This document shows positions 50,439-58,066 of a stretch of DNA of 64,000 nt, piece by piece. The position numbers were made by a program, and so were the translations under genes. Numbering within the stretch: position 1 is the stretch's first letter; the number at the start of each line of letters is the position of its first letter. The stretch is from the IMG/VR virus record IMGVR_UViG_3300010883_000011, positions 21,773 through 85,772 of that record; one strand, given 5' to 3'. Source of the stretch: a virus. The notes under the pieces are model-generated. The model was not told where the DNA came from. It did not search any database and was given only the letters and a program-made list of their open reading frames with translations.

Positions 50439-50918
50439 GTGTCCGATACCCCCACCCCCCTTCCGCACTCTGGAAACGCATCCCAAAAAAACGAAGGGGG
50501 GGGGAGGGGGGGGCACGCCCTGGACGCCACCCTCACGTCCTCCCGTGTGTGTGGTTCGTGTACGGCATGTTGCACGGTGCTGAAAGTCGACGAGATTGCC
50601 AAGGAAGAATACCAGCCGTGCGTTCACCTCAAGGCCGATTGTACCGGTTGCTCGATCTATGGTACGCGGTACGAGATATGCCGTGTGTATAAGTGCGCTT
50701 GGTTGCTCGGTGCCTGGGAAGAATCCGACCGACCGGACAAGCGAGGCGTTCTCACGCAAGAGCAGGTCGTGAACGGTGAGTGGACTGGTGCCATCGAATT
50801 CGTAGAAGTTGTCCACGGCAAGCTGGCGTCACCAGCGGTTCGAGCCATGATCGATGCGGTGAGCGGGAGCGGCTACAAGGCTATTCTAAAGGCTCGACGC
50901 TTCGTCAGCCGGGACTGA
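50439..50918 (+). CDS. YkgJ/CxxCxxCC cysteine-cluster protein
   Basis: CGSCTACC...C.HL....C.IY..R...CR.Y.C.W; start uncertain. Confidence 0.75.
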   Translation: MSDTPTPLPHSGNASQKNEGGGRGGHALDATLTSSRVCGSCTACCTVLKVDEIAKEEYQPCVHLKADCTGCSIYGTRYEICRVYKCAWLLGAWEESDRPDKRGVLTQEQVVNGEWTGAIEFVEVVHGKLASPAVRAMIDAVSGSGYKAILKARRFVSRD

Positions 50919-51705
50919 CACCGGATTCCAGGCCGCAGGGGCTTGTGGCGGCACCCAGGGGGTTTGCATCGGGTGTTCTTGGGAATCATGCCACGCCTTT
51001 CGCCGGGGGAATCCAAATCTCGTTCGTCCCGGAAACGCTTGTGCCGGGGTGCCTCGGGGCGGTTTCCGAATCTCGTTCGTGCGCGATCCGAATCTCGTTC
51101 GGAAAACGCTCGATTGAATTTCCTTGCGATGAAGACCACTTTTGATTCCCAGGGAAATGCGCCAGAAGTGAGAGCGAGCGAGCGTCGCGCATTCTTTGAG
51201 CGGTTGCGTCGTCTTCTTGAGCCAGCGCGTTTTCTTCGTTTGCGAAGCGCACTCTGGCCGAAACGCTCGATTGAATTTTGCTGGGTTCACTACCGGTTTT
51301 GCCCCGGGGGGGAAATGCGTTTCACTACCGGGTTTTTTCCTCTCGAATCGTTCGAGCGCAGCGGTCGCCGTGTCAAGAGCGCGTATCAGAAAGTTGCACA
51401 TCGCTCGCACCTCTCGACGCTTTCGAAGGGGCGTCTCGCCGTGTCAAGGGCGCACAAAACGCTCGAAAGCGGATGAGGGTGGATGGCGACCCGTCAAGAC
51501 CCGCGAGCGACTCCCATTTTCCGAGCGCATTGGCAAGGACTTTTCTGCGCCGCGCTTGCTTTTTTACAATCCGTCCACCTCGCCGAATCAGCAGCTACGA
51601 GCCGCGAGGCGACTCCCATTTCCGACGCGCATTGGCAAGGACTATTCTGCGCGAATCGAATCTTTTACATCTGGTAAAAAACCCAAGGCATCCCTCCCTA
51701 CGGGT

Positions 51706-51735
51706 ATTATAACACGCTCAGTGTTAGAAAGGCAA
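51706..51735 (-). promoter_or_regulatory. Leftward promoter R1 with TAAC-N9-GTTA
   Basis: Minus strand TTGCCT-18-TATAAT. Confidence 0.65.
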
Positions 51736-51894
51736 GCGGCGCTCAAAAAGAAAAGCGATTTATTTTGCCGTCCACCTCGCAGAATCAGCAGCTACGAGAG
51801 CCGCGGCGACTCCCATTTTCCATGCGCGTTGGCAAGGATTTTTCTGCGCGATTCGATCTTTTTACATCTGGCCGAAATCGCAAAGCGTCACCAG

Positions 51895-51924
51895 ACGATA
51901 ACATGCCTCCGGTTAGAAAGTCAA
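51895..51924 (-). promoter_or_regulatory. Leftward promoter R2 with TAAC-N9-GTTA
   Basis: Minus strand TTGACT-18-TATCGT. Confidence 0.55.
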
Positions 51925-52091
51925 TCGCTGATTGAAAATAAAAGCGATTTCTTTTCCCGTCCACCTCGCAGAATCCGGTTAGCAGCTCCCTTCGGGTCGA
52001 CGCGAATCAGCAGCTCCGAAATCGCGCCAAGCGACCAGAATCGCAGGACAAAGGGGGACGCAGAAAAAAGATCTTTTCTTTTCGAAAAGGG

Positions 52092-52119
52092 TAGACACTA
52101 ACCCTGTCTGTGTTATTAT
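52092..52119 (+). promoter_or_regulatory. Cassette promoter P2
   Basis: TAGACA-16-TATTAT with TAAC(52099)-N9-GTTA. Confidence 0.75.
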
Positions 52120-52125
52120 GTATAC

Positions 52126-52509
52126 ATGGAAGCAAGGAACACCAACCGAATCGAAGCCGCAAACACCGCAACCGCAGTGCTTTGCTACCGCCCCGAAAAC
52201 AAGAACTTTGACGCGGACAACATTATCTCCGTGGCAATCGAAGTCAGTTCTGATTGGAGCCTCTCCGAAATCCTCGCCACTGCAATCGCAAACGTCGCAG
52301 TCCCGAAGGGCTCGGCTCGCAGCGGTGTCTTCCAGGTTCAGACCGTCGAAGGCATTTTCGCACATGTCAACGAGCGAAAGATTGACCTCTCGTCCGACCG
52401 CAAGGCAGCGAAGGTTCTGTTTGCATCTTGGGCCGCCATGGCCGCTTTCGAAAACGCCAACCCCCTCTCCGAAGTCGACGCTTTCGATGCAGTCGCAAAG
52501 GCTCTCTAA
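52126..52509 (+). CDS. Hypothetical early protein, possibly leaderless
   Basis: ATG 7 nt after the -10 hexamer, no SD. Confidence 0.6.
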   Translation: MEARNTNRIEAANTATAVLCYRPENKNFDADNIISVAIEVSSDWSLSEILATAIANVAVPKGSARSGVFQVQTVEGIFAHVNERKIDLSSDRKAAKVLFASWAAMAAFENANPLSEVDAFDAVAKAL

Positions 52510-52510
52510 A

Positions 52511-52690
52511 ATGGCCGACCGAATCCATCCCGCAGTCATCGAGCAAGCCCGACGCGACCGCGAGGCCGACCGCTTCGAACGCAGTCAAATCCCGCTGCAC
52601 CGCCCGCCGCCACCGCCGCCCGCTTTTGACCCGAAGCCGCAGTCCGAAAATCGGCAGCGCGGATCGGTCATCGTTGACCTTTCAATCTAA
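52511..52690 (+). CDS. 59-aa Pro-rich protein ending RGSVIVDLSI
   Basis: ATG immediately after the previous stop. Confidence 0.55.
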   Translation: MADRIHPAVIEQARRDREADRFERSQIPLHRPPPPPPAFDPKPQSENRQRGSVIVDLSI

Positions 52691-52710
52691 CCCCAACACC
52701 AAGGCATCCC

Positions 52711-52866
52711 ATGCACCCCAACACGCACAACCGCTCTTCCAGAATCGAAGATCTGCTGCTCGACGAAGTCAACTCCCCGCTCTACCTCGGCTTCTTCAGC
52801 GCACTCACAATCGCGTATCTCGGCGGCTGGGGCTCGGTGCTGTTGCAGGTCATCGCGCTCGCGTAA
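52711..52866 (+). CDS. 51-aa membrane peptide (not in ORF track)
   Basis: CCAACACCAAGG leader; ...LYLGFFSALTIAYLGGWGSVLLQVIALA. Confidence 0.55.
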   Translation: MHPNTHNRSSRIEDLLLDEVNSPLYLGFFSALTIAYLGGWGSVLLQVIALA

Positions 52867-52950
52867 GCGAAAATCCAAGATTTACTCCAAGCCCCTGGGC
52901 ATGGGCTTCAACCAAACTGCCCGCCCCACCAACACCAAAAGGTGACTCCC

Positions 52951-53157
52951 ATGGTTTTGATTCGAAATCAAGTAGAATTTGCGATGCACGCAAAAGTCCA
53001 CGTTGAAGCATTCAACGCGGGTCGCACCGACGCCACGCGCTTTGTCGAAGCCGTCGCTGGTGACTGCGCCGCGCTTGTCGCGTTTCAGAATTTGTCCGAG
53101 CCTGACAAGCTCGCGCTGAATACGCTTTTCGGCGGTCCGCCGATTCTGCTGAAGTAG
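52951..53157 (+). CDS. Small hypothetical protein
   Basis: CAACACCAAAAGGTG leader. Confidence 0.55.
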   Translation: MVLIRNQVEFAMHAKVHVEAFNAGRTDATRFVEAVAGDCAALVAFQNLSEPDKLALNTLFGGPPILLK

Positions 53158-53185
53158 AGTCGCGCATCGCTCGACCGCCACCGCA

Positions 53186-53215
53186 CCCCGCGCAAGCGGG
53201 GCTGCTCGCGTTTTT
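53186..53215 (+). terminator. Hairpin terminator-like element
   Basis: CCCCGC-GCAA-GCGGGG followed by a downstream T-run. Confidence 0.5.
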
Positions 53216-53318
53216 GCGGGTCGCGTTTGGCGGCGTCCACCTCGCAGCAGCCCGGCAAAATCCGTCCACCTCGCCACGCCATCCGAGCGGGACCATGGCG
53301 GGCGCAAGGCGTCACCAG

Positions 53319-53439
53319 ATGATAACACGCCCGCTGTTAGAAAGTCAATCCCCCAAAAAGATAAAAAGCGATTTCTTTTGCGACCGGCTTTGGAGCAAGG
53401 CGTCACCCTACGATAACACGCCCGCCGTTAGAAAGTCAA
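53319..53439 (-). promoter_or_regulatory. Tandem leftward promoters R3 and R4
   Basis: TTGACT-18-TATCAT and TTGACT-18-TATCGT on the minus strand, each with TAAC-N9-GTTA (53323, 53414). Confidence 0.6.
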
Positions 53440-53627
53440 TCCCGGATTGAAAAGAAAAGAGATTTCTTTTTCGCTTGACACGCGACGCGCCGCCCCGAAT
53501 CAGCAGCTACAAATCGGCCCGTCCACCTCGCCGCCCTAACATAGAACGCGTTAGCGGTCAAGGATTATTCTGCTCTTTAGCAGCTCCAGGGCTGAAAAAG
53601 AAAAATGCATTATTCGCAAAATAAGTG

Positions 53628-53655
53628 GAGACTCTAACCTTCGTTGGGTTATAAT
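53628..53655 (+). promoter_or_regulatory. Cassette promoter P3
   Basis: GAGACT-16-TATAAT with TAAC(53635)-N9-GTTA; upstream A-tracts. Confidence 0.8.
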
Positions 53656-53716
53656 GTATGTACTGAAGGGGGAGACAGAAACCCTCCAAAGTACCAACCC
53701 CAACAAGGACAATCAA

Positions 53717-54112
53717 ATGTATTCCGAAATGAACCGCAGCGACCTCCGCACCGCCCTCGCAGCCGCAGGCATCGAAGGCGTCAACCGCAACAGCAAGGCC
53801 GCCATGGCCGATGCACTGACCGCCCACGACGCTGCCACCGCGAAGCCGGCTCGCTCGCCTCGCATGACCCGCGCTGACATGGCGCAGGTGCTGAAGGGCT
53901 TTATCGGCCGCAAAAAGTCCGTTGTCGTGGAAATCGCCGAAGTCGCCGCTGCTGGCATCTGTCGCTCCGGTACCCTCTACCACGAATATTGGAGTTCCTC
54001 CGACAACACCGGATTCAAGGCCGCTGCGCTGATTGGCTGTACCGCGACCCGCGTTGTCAAGAATCCCGCCACTGGCGAAGCGGGGGTTTGCCTCGTTCTG
54101 ACCCGCTCGTAG
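53717..54112 (+). CDS. Hypothetical early protein (N-terminal SAP/Rho-N-like helices possible)
   Basis: CAACAAGGA SD; YSEM.RSDLR..L...GI.G..RNSKA.M...L. Confidence 0.6.
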   Translation: MYSEMNRSDLRTALAAAGIEGVNRNSKAAMADALTAHDAATAKPARSPRMTRADMAQVLKGFIGRKKSVVVEIAEVAAAGICRSGTLYHEYWSSSDNTGFKAAALIGCTATRVVKNPATGEAGVCLVLTRS

Positions 54113-54236
54113 CGAATCGGGTTCCGGGCGGTCCCGTCAAAACCGCCCCGCTTCCAAGTAGCATCGCATCGGGCGGTGCTACCCGGAAGCGGCCAAATCG
54201 GTCGCTTTACCCCAACACTCCAACAAGGCAAAAATC

Positions 54237-54305
54237 ATGTTCGCGCTTATCCTGGTCCCCTACGTTTCTTTGGCAATCTTTGCGGCATCGCTCGCCACCG
54301 CGTAA
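54237..54305 (+). CDS. 22-aa hydrophobic peptide (not in ORF track)
   Basis: CCAACAAGG leader; MFALILVPYVSLAIFAASLATA. Confidence 0.5.
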   Translation: MFALILVPYVSLAIFAASLATA

Positions 54306-54420
54306 GCGGCAATCCCAAATCCCGCGCCTCGGCTTCGTCCGGGGCGCGGCTCGTTTTGCCTTCGCACTTCGGGTCCGTCCACCTCGCACGCCGACCCGCG
54401 ACCCGTCCACCTCGCAGGCC

Positions 54421-54503
54421 GAATCAGCAGCTACAAATCGGCCCGGAAAAAGATTGCGCTTTCGCAAAATAAGTGGAGACTCTAACGCAGTCTGTGTTAC
54501 TAT
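54421..54503 (+). promoter_or_regulatory. Cassette promoter P4
   Basis: GAATCAGCAGCTAC...GAGACT-16-TACTAT with TAAC(54483)-N9-GTTA. Confidence 0.8.
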
Positions 54504-54528
54504 GTAGATACCAACAAGGGAGTTCAAC

Positions 54529-54777
54529 ATGGCAAACGCACTCAACATCGCACAGGTCTTTCAGGCCGCGTTCGGCGACGACAACACCGCACCCGGTTTC
54601 TTCTACCGCGTCGGCGACGCAGCGGGTCTGTCGAGCCGCCAAATGATGTCTTTCGGTCGCTGGTCCGTCGACACCGAATGCGGCGCGGCTTGCGAAATCG
54701 CAATCCACGAAGCCGTCGCCGATGGCCGCAACGCCTTCGACGCCATGACCGCAATCGCCACGCTGGTTCTCGGATAA
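54529..54777 (+). CDS. Small hypothetical early protein
   Basis: AAGGGAG SD after P4. Confidence 0.65.
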   Translation: MANALNIAQVFQAAFGDDNTAPGFFYRVGDAAGLSSRQMMSFGRWSVDTECGAACEIAIHEAVADGRNAFDAMTAIATLVLG

Positions 54778-54803
54778 TCTAAACCAACAACAAGGGGCAA
54801 ACC

Positions 54804-55004
54804 ATGTCAAACACGCACCATTTGATTCTGACCTATACCGATCCAGATACGGGCGTCGAAGTCCGGCTTGGCTTTGATGATGGCGACCCGCGCCGGGTCC
54901 ACTGCATTAACAGCGACCGCACCGAAGCCTTTTCAGCGTCGCTTGACGAGGCACTCGATTCGCTGCTGGCTCGATGGCCGGACCTGAAATACGCAATCGA
55001 TTGA
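54804..55004 (+). CDS. Small hypothetical early protein
   Basis: CAACAAGGGG leader. Confidence 0.6.
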   Translation: MSNTHHLILTYTDPDTGVEVRLGFDDGDPRRVHCINSDRTEAFSASLDEALDSLLARWPDLKYAID

Positions 55005-55168
55005 GTCGCACTTCAGGGCTGCTCGACCCGCTCGCGCTTCGGCTCGGGCGGCTTCGGGCGTTTTTGCCTCGCGCATCGAGCCCGTCCACCTCGCACGGCC
55101 CCGCCAAAATCCGTCCACCTCGCGTTTGCGATTGCGGCCGATCTGGTTTTTTCGCAAGGCGTCACCTT

Positions 55169-55291
55169 ATCATAACATGCCTCCGGTTAGATAGCTCCGC
55201 CTGAATCAAAAGAATCAGCAGCTACCTCGTGCGAAAAAGATCGCACTTTTCGCAAAATAAGTAGAGATTCTAACGCACACGGTGTTATAAT
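55169..55291. promoter_or_regulatory. Divergent pair R6 (leftward) and P5 (rightward)
   Basis: TAAC-N9-GTTA at 55173 and 55271; -10 TATGAT (minus) and TATAAT (plus); AATCAGCAGCTAC between them. Confidence 0.7.
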
Positions 55292-55317
55292 GTATGTATA
55301 CCAACAAGGAGAACCAG

Positions 55318-55506
55318 ATGACCAACCGCAACATCGAAATCCCGACCGACGTTCAGAACGACAACACCGTGCAGGATGCAGCGTGGCGACTGCGCCAAGC
55401 CATCGACTCCCACGGCGAAGGTCACCCGATTGTGGTCAAGCGCGAAGCCCAGCTACAAAGCTGGATTGACCATTCCAGGGCCGCTACAATCTTTCGAAAT
55501 AGTTAG
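55318..55506 (+). CDS. Small hypothetical early protein
   Basis: AAGGAG SD; stop codon lies inside the next promoter module. Confidence 0.6.
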   Translation: MTNRNIEIPTDVQNDNTVQDAAWRLRQAIDSHGEGHPIVVKREAQLQSWIDHSRAATIFRNS

Positions 55507-55533
55507 AGACTCTAACGCAGACTGTGTTACTAT
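55506..55533 (+). promoter_or_regulatory. Cassette promoter P6, near-identical to P4
   Basis: GAGACTCTAACGCAG(A/T)CTGTGTTACTATGTAGATACCAACAAGGGAG shared with P4, one mismatch. Confidence 0.8.
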
Positions 55534-55558
55534 GTAGATACCAACAAGGGAGAGCGCA

Positions 55559-55876
55559 ATGACCACTCACTTTCACTCTTACGAAGCCAACGAGCGGCAC
55601 GAAGCCGCCATGCTGATCTGTGCCCCGACGGGGCAAAACAACGCTGCCCGCGCATTGGTCGGTCGAGCCATCCGCAAGGCGCTCGGTGTCAAGCGTTGGA
55701 ACGAAGGCATCCACTTCGTCGACTACCTGCCTGCCGGGTACGGCTACCCCGACGCCGACGCGCGATTCATGGTCAACGTCACCGACGCCGAAATGACGCG
55801 ACTCATGACCACGCTGACCGCGATGGCCGAAGCCGAGGGCTGGGACCGCCCGCCATGCGACGCATATCACGACTGA
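55559..55876 (+). CDS. Hypothetical early protein
   Basis: AAGGGAG SD after P6. Confidence 0.65.
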   Translation: MTTHFHSYEANERHEAAMLICAPTGQNNAARALVGRAIRKALGVKRWNEGIHFVDYLPAGYGYPDADARFMVNVTDAEMTRLMTTLTAMAEAEGWDRPPCDAYHD

Positions 55877-55957
55877 TTCTGGTCGGTCCACCTCGCAGGG
55901 CGCGTTGGCAGCGCCTGCGAGGCGCAAAATAAAAATGCACTTTTCTCAAAATAAAGG

Positions 55958-55985
55958 GAGACTCTAACGCACATGCGGTTATAAT
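55958..55985 (+). promoter_or_regulatory. Cassette promoter P7
   Basis: GAGACT-16-TATAAT with TAAC(55965)-N9-GTTA. Confidence 0.8.
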
Positions 55986-56011
55986 GTATGTACCAACAAG
56001 GAGAACACAAC

Positions 56012-56257
56012 ATGGCAAACCGCAACCCCAACCGCCTCTTCCTCATCGTTCACCCCGAAGTCGACCCGCAGGCTCCAGGCAGCGAGGGTATGTCAGCAGC
56101 GTTCGAACGCAACAGCGACGGCGAAATCCTCCGCACCCGCAACATTGAAACCGCCCGCAAGTGGCGCGACCGCCGCAACGAAGGCGTGGACCTCGGCGAG
56201 CCCCTTTTCTTCATCCTCGCAATCACCGCCGATGGCAGTCAGCAGCGAGCCGCGTAA
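56012..56257 (+). CDS. Small hypothetical early protein
   Basis: AAGGAG SD after P7. Confidence 0.65.
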   Translation: MANRNPNRLFLIVHPEVDPQAPGSEGMSAAFERNSDGEILRTRNIETARKWRDRRNEGVDLGEPLFFILAITADGSQQRAA

Positions 56258-56328
56258 GCGACGCACCGGCCCCGTCCACCTCGGGCGGGGTCACCCCAAC
56301 ACCAACCCCAACAGCAAAAGGCAACACC

Positions 56329-56604
56329 ATGCGAATCACATCGACCGGACCCCGAATCGTCCGCACCCCGTTTCAGCGGGCCAATATGCCCTACCTTCTG
56401 GTCATCGATTCCGAAGGCTTTGTGCGATATCGCATTGACAAAGCCGCAAACGGCCTCGCCGCCAAAGCCCCGTTCCGAATCTACCGCACCGATGCTTCGG
56501 GTAGGTACCACGGGCGGGCACTCACTCTCGTTGGATACGCAAAGGGCATTGCCGATGCTCGGCGACAGGCAGAGGCACTTCCGCTGGATAGCCTCGGCCG
56601 ATAG
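56329..56604 (+). CDS. Small basic hypothetical protein
   Basis: CAA-rich leader with AAGG. Confidence 0.6.
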   Translation: MRITSTGPRIVRTPFQRANMPYLLVIDSEGFVRYRIDKAANGLAAKAPFRIYRTDASGRYHGRALTLVGYAKGIADARRQAEALPLDSLGR

Positions 56605-56748
56605 CGACGCACCCAAGCTGCTGACCCCGCTCGATTCAATCGGGCGGGGCTTCGGTGGTTTTGTCCACCTCGCGGACCCGGCGCAGAATCCGTCCACCTC
56701 GCAGAACCGCGTGCGAGCCGCTGCTCGTTTTTCGAGAACCGTCACCCT

Positions 56749-56906
56749 ATCATAACATGCCCCGTGTTAGAAATCTCCACCGAAAGCACGAAAAGTTTTG
56801 GCGTCCACCTCGCCCCAGATGGCGCGTTTCAGCAGCTACAGGCCGCAAAAGAAAAATGCACTTTTCGCCAAATAAGTAGAGACTATAACCGACCCTGGGT
56901 TATAAT
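56749..56906. promoter_or_regulatory. Divergent pair R7 (leftward) and P8 (rightward)
   Basis: TAAC-N9-GTTA at 56753 and 56886; CAGCAGCTAC between them; TATAAT at 56901. Confidence 0.7.
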
Positions 56907-56936
56907 ACATGTATACCAACCAACAAGGGAGTTCAC

Positions 56937-57377
56937 ATGGCAAAGGCAAACGAAAACAACCGGGGCAATAACAGGAACGGAAGCAACTGGATCCGCAAGG
57001 ACCTGCGCTTGGCCATCTACCTGCGGGACAACATGACCTGCGTGTTCTGTAAGACCCACGCCGACAACACGACGCTGACGCTTGACCACGTCGTGTCCCG
57101 CTCCGAGGGCGGGTCCAATGGGACCCCGAATCTGGTGACCGCGTGTCGCTCGTGCAACAGCAGCCGCCAAGACATGCCCATTGCCGACTTCGCAGCCCGC
57201 TTCGACGGCGCAGCCCAACGGGTCGCCACCGCAATCAGCACGACGCGGATCGAAATGGTTGACTACCGCAACACCGCGAAGGGCATGTACGCCGACCCCG
57301 CAGAGAAGGCCAAGATCGACGCGATGCGAGCACGGGCTTCCTGTTCCTGGAAGTCCGAGCACGCGTGGCGCAAGTAG
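56937..57377 (+). CDS. HNH endonuclease
   Basis: R.AIY.RD...CVFC, LDHV..RS.GGSN...NLVTAC..CN. Confidence 0.92.
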   Translation: MAKANENNRGNNRNGSNWIRKDLRLAIYLRDNMTCVFCKTHADNTTLTLDHVVSRSEGGSNGTPNLVTACRSCNSSRQDMPIADFAARFDGAAQRVATAISTTRIEMVDYRNTAKGMYADPAEKAKIDAMRARASCSWKSEHAWRK

Positions 57378-57450
57378 CAGCGGCCTCGCGGCTCGGTCCA
57401 CCTCGCGGGCCGAGCCGCAAAATCAATCTACACTTTTCGCCAAATAAGTA

Positions 57451-57478
57451 GAGACTATAACCTGCCCTGGGTTATAAT
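57451..57478 (+). promoter_or_regulatory. Cassette promoter P9, near-identical to P8
   Basis: CACTTTTCGCCAAATAAGTAGAGACTATAACC..CCCTGGGTTATAATACAT shared with P8. Confidence 0.8.
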
Positions 57479-57512
57479 ACATACAACACCAACCCCCAAC
57501 AAGGCGAACAAC

Positions 57513-57620
57513 ATGACCCCCTTCATCGCAATGACTTGGTACCTCGCAACTTGGACCATTGGCGCACTCAGCGGCGTCGCAATCTACGGTGCAGCCACCT
57601 CTCGCAGCGCACGTCGCTAA
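57513..57620 (+). CDS. 35-aa single-TM peptide (not in ORF track)
   Basis: CAACAAGG leader; MTPFIAMTWYLATWTIGALSGVAIYGAATSRSARR. Confidence 0.55.
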   Translation: MTPFIAMTWYLATWTIGALSGVAIYGAATSRSARR

Positions 57621-57631
57621 AGGCAATCCCC

Positions 57632-58060
57632 ATGGCAAAACGAATCCCCATCCCTTGCTCGTCGTGCGACCGCCAATGTCTCGGTCGACGCACGACCCGT
57701 GGCACCCCGCGAATCCTTCGCCTGTCCGAAGTCAGCCGTTCGGCCATCTCGTCCGAGCCTGTCTGCCTCAACTGCTCGTGGCAACACCAAGCCGCGATCC
57801 TCCGCTGCGATACCGTCGCCGACTTGGAAGCCCTCAAGGCCGACCCGTCCATAGCTGCTCGTTTTCTGATCGACTCCCTTCAGGGGGACGCCGACAGGCT
57901 TCGCCAAATCGAAGGCCGGCTTGCTGCCGAGGTCTATGCGAGCAGGCACGAGCACGCCAGGGCAGTGGCACAGGCGAGCGACGAGCCACTGCTGCCACAA
58001 ATCCCCGTGCCATGCGAGCATTGCCTCTATGTCGAATGCGCCTGCAACGTCGCCGATTGA
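57632..58060 (+). CDS. Cys-rich hypothetical protein
   Basis: CSSC, CLNC, CEHC...CAC. Confidence 0.6.
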   Translation: MAKRIPIPCSSCDRQCLGRRTTRGTPRILRLSEVSRSAISSEPVCLNCSWQHQAAILRCDTVADLEALKADPSIAARFLIDSLQGDADRLRQIEGRLAAEVYASRHEHARAVAQASDEPLLPQIPVPCEHCLYVECACNVAD

Positions 58061-58066
58061 CTCGCG

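Larger units (their letters stand above)
50990..52080. repeat. Non-coding repeat-rich region
   Basis: AATCTCGTTCG x3, AAACGCTCGATTGAATTT x2, and three units GCGACTCCCATTT..CGC.TTGGCAAGGA.T.TTCTGCGC near 51502, 51603 and 51801. Confidence 0.8.

Noticed and set aside
50943-52101. Long ORFs of 177 and 301 aa in the repeat block
   Set aside because: Arg/Ser/Phe-rich translations of DNA repeats, no SD and no domain motifs
48108-57474. Integron attC or tyrosine-recombinase sites (TAAC...GTTA resembles RYYYAAC/GTTRRRY)
   Set aside because: Only 9 bp between the arms, no long attC hairpin, no integrase in the window, and the sites sit in fixed register within promoters; an operator is the simpler reading, though not proven
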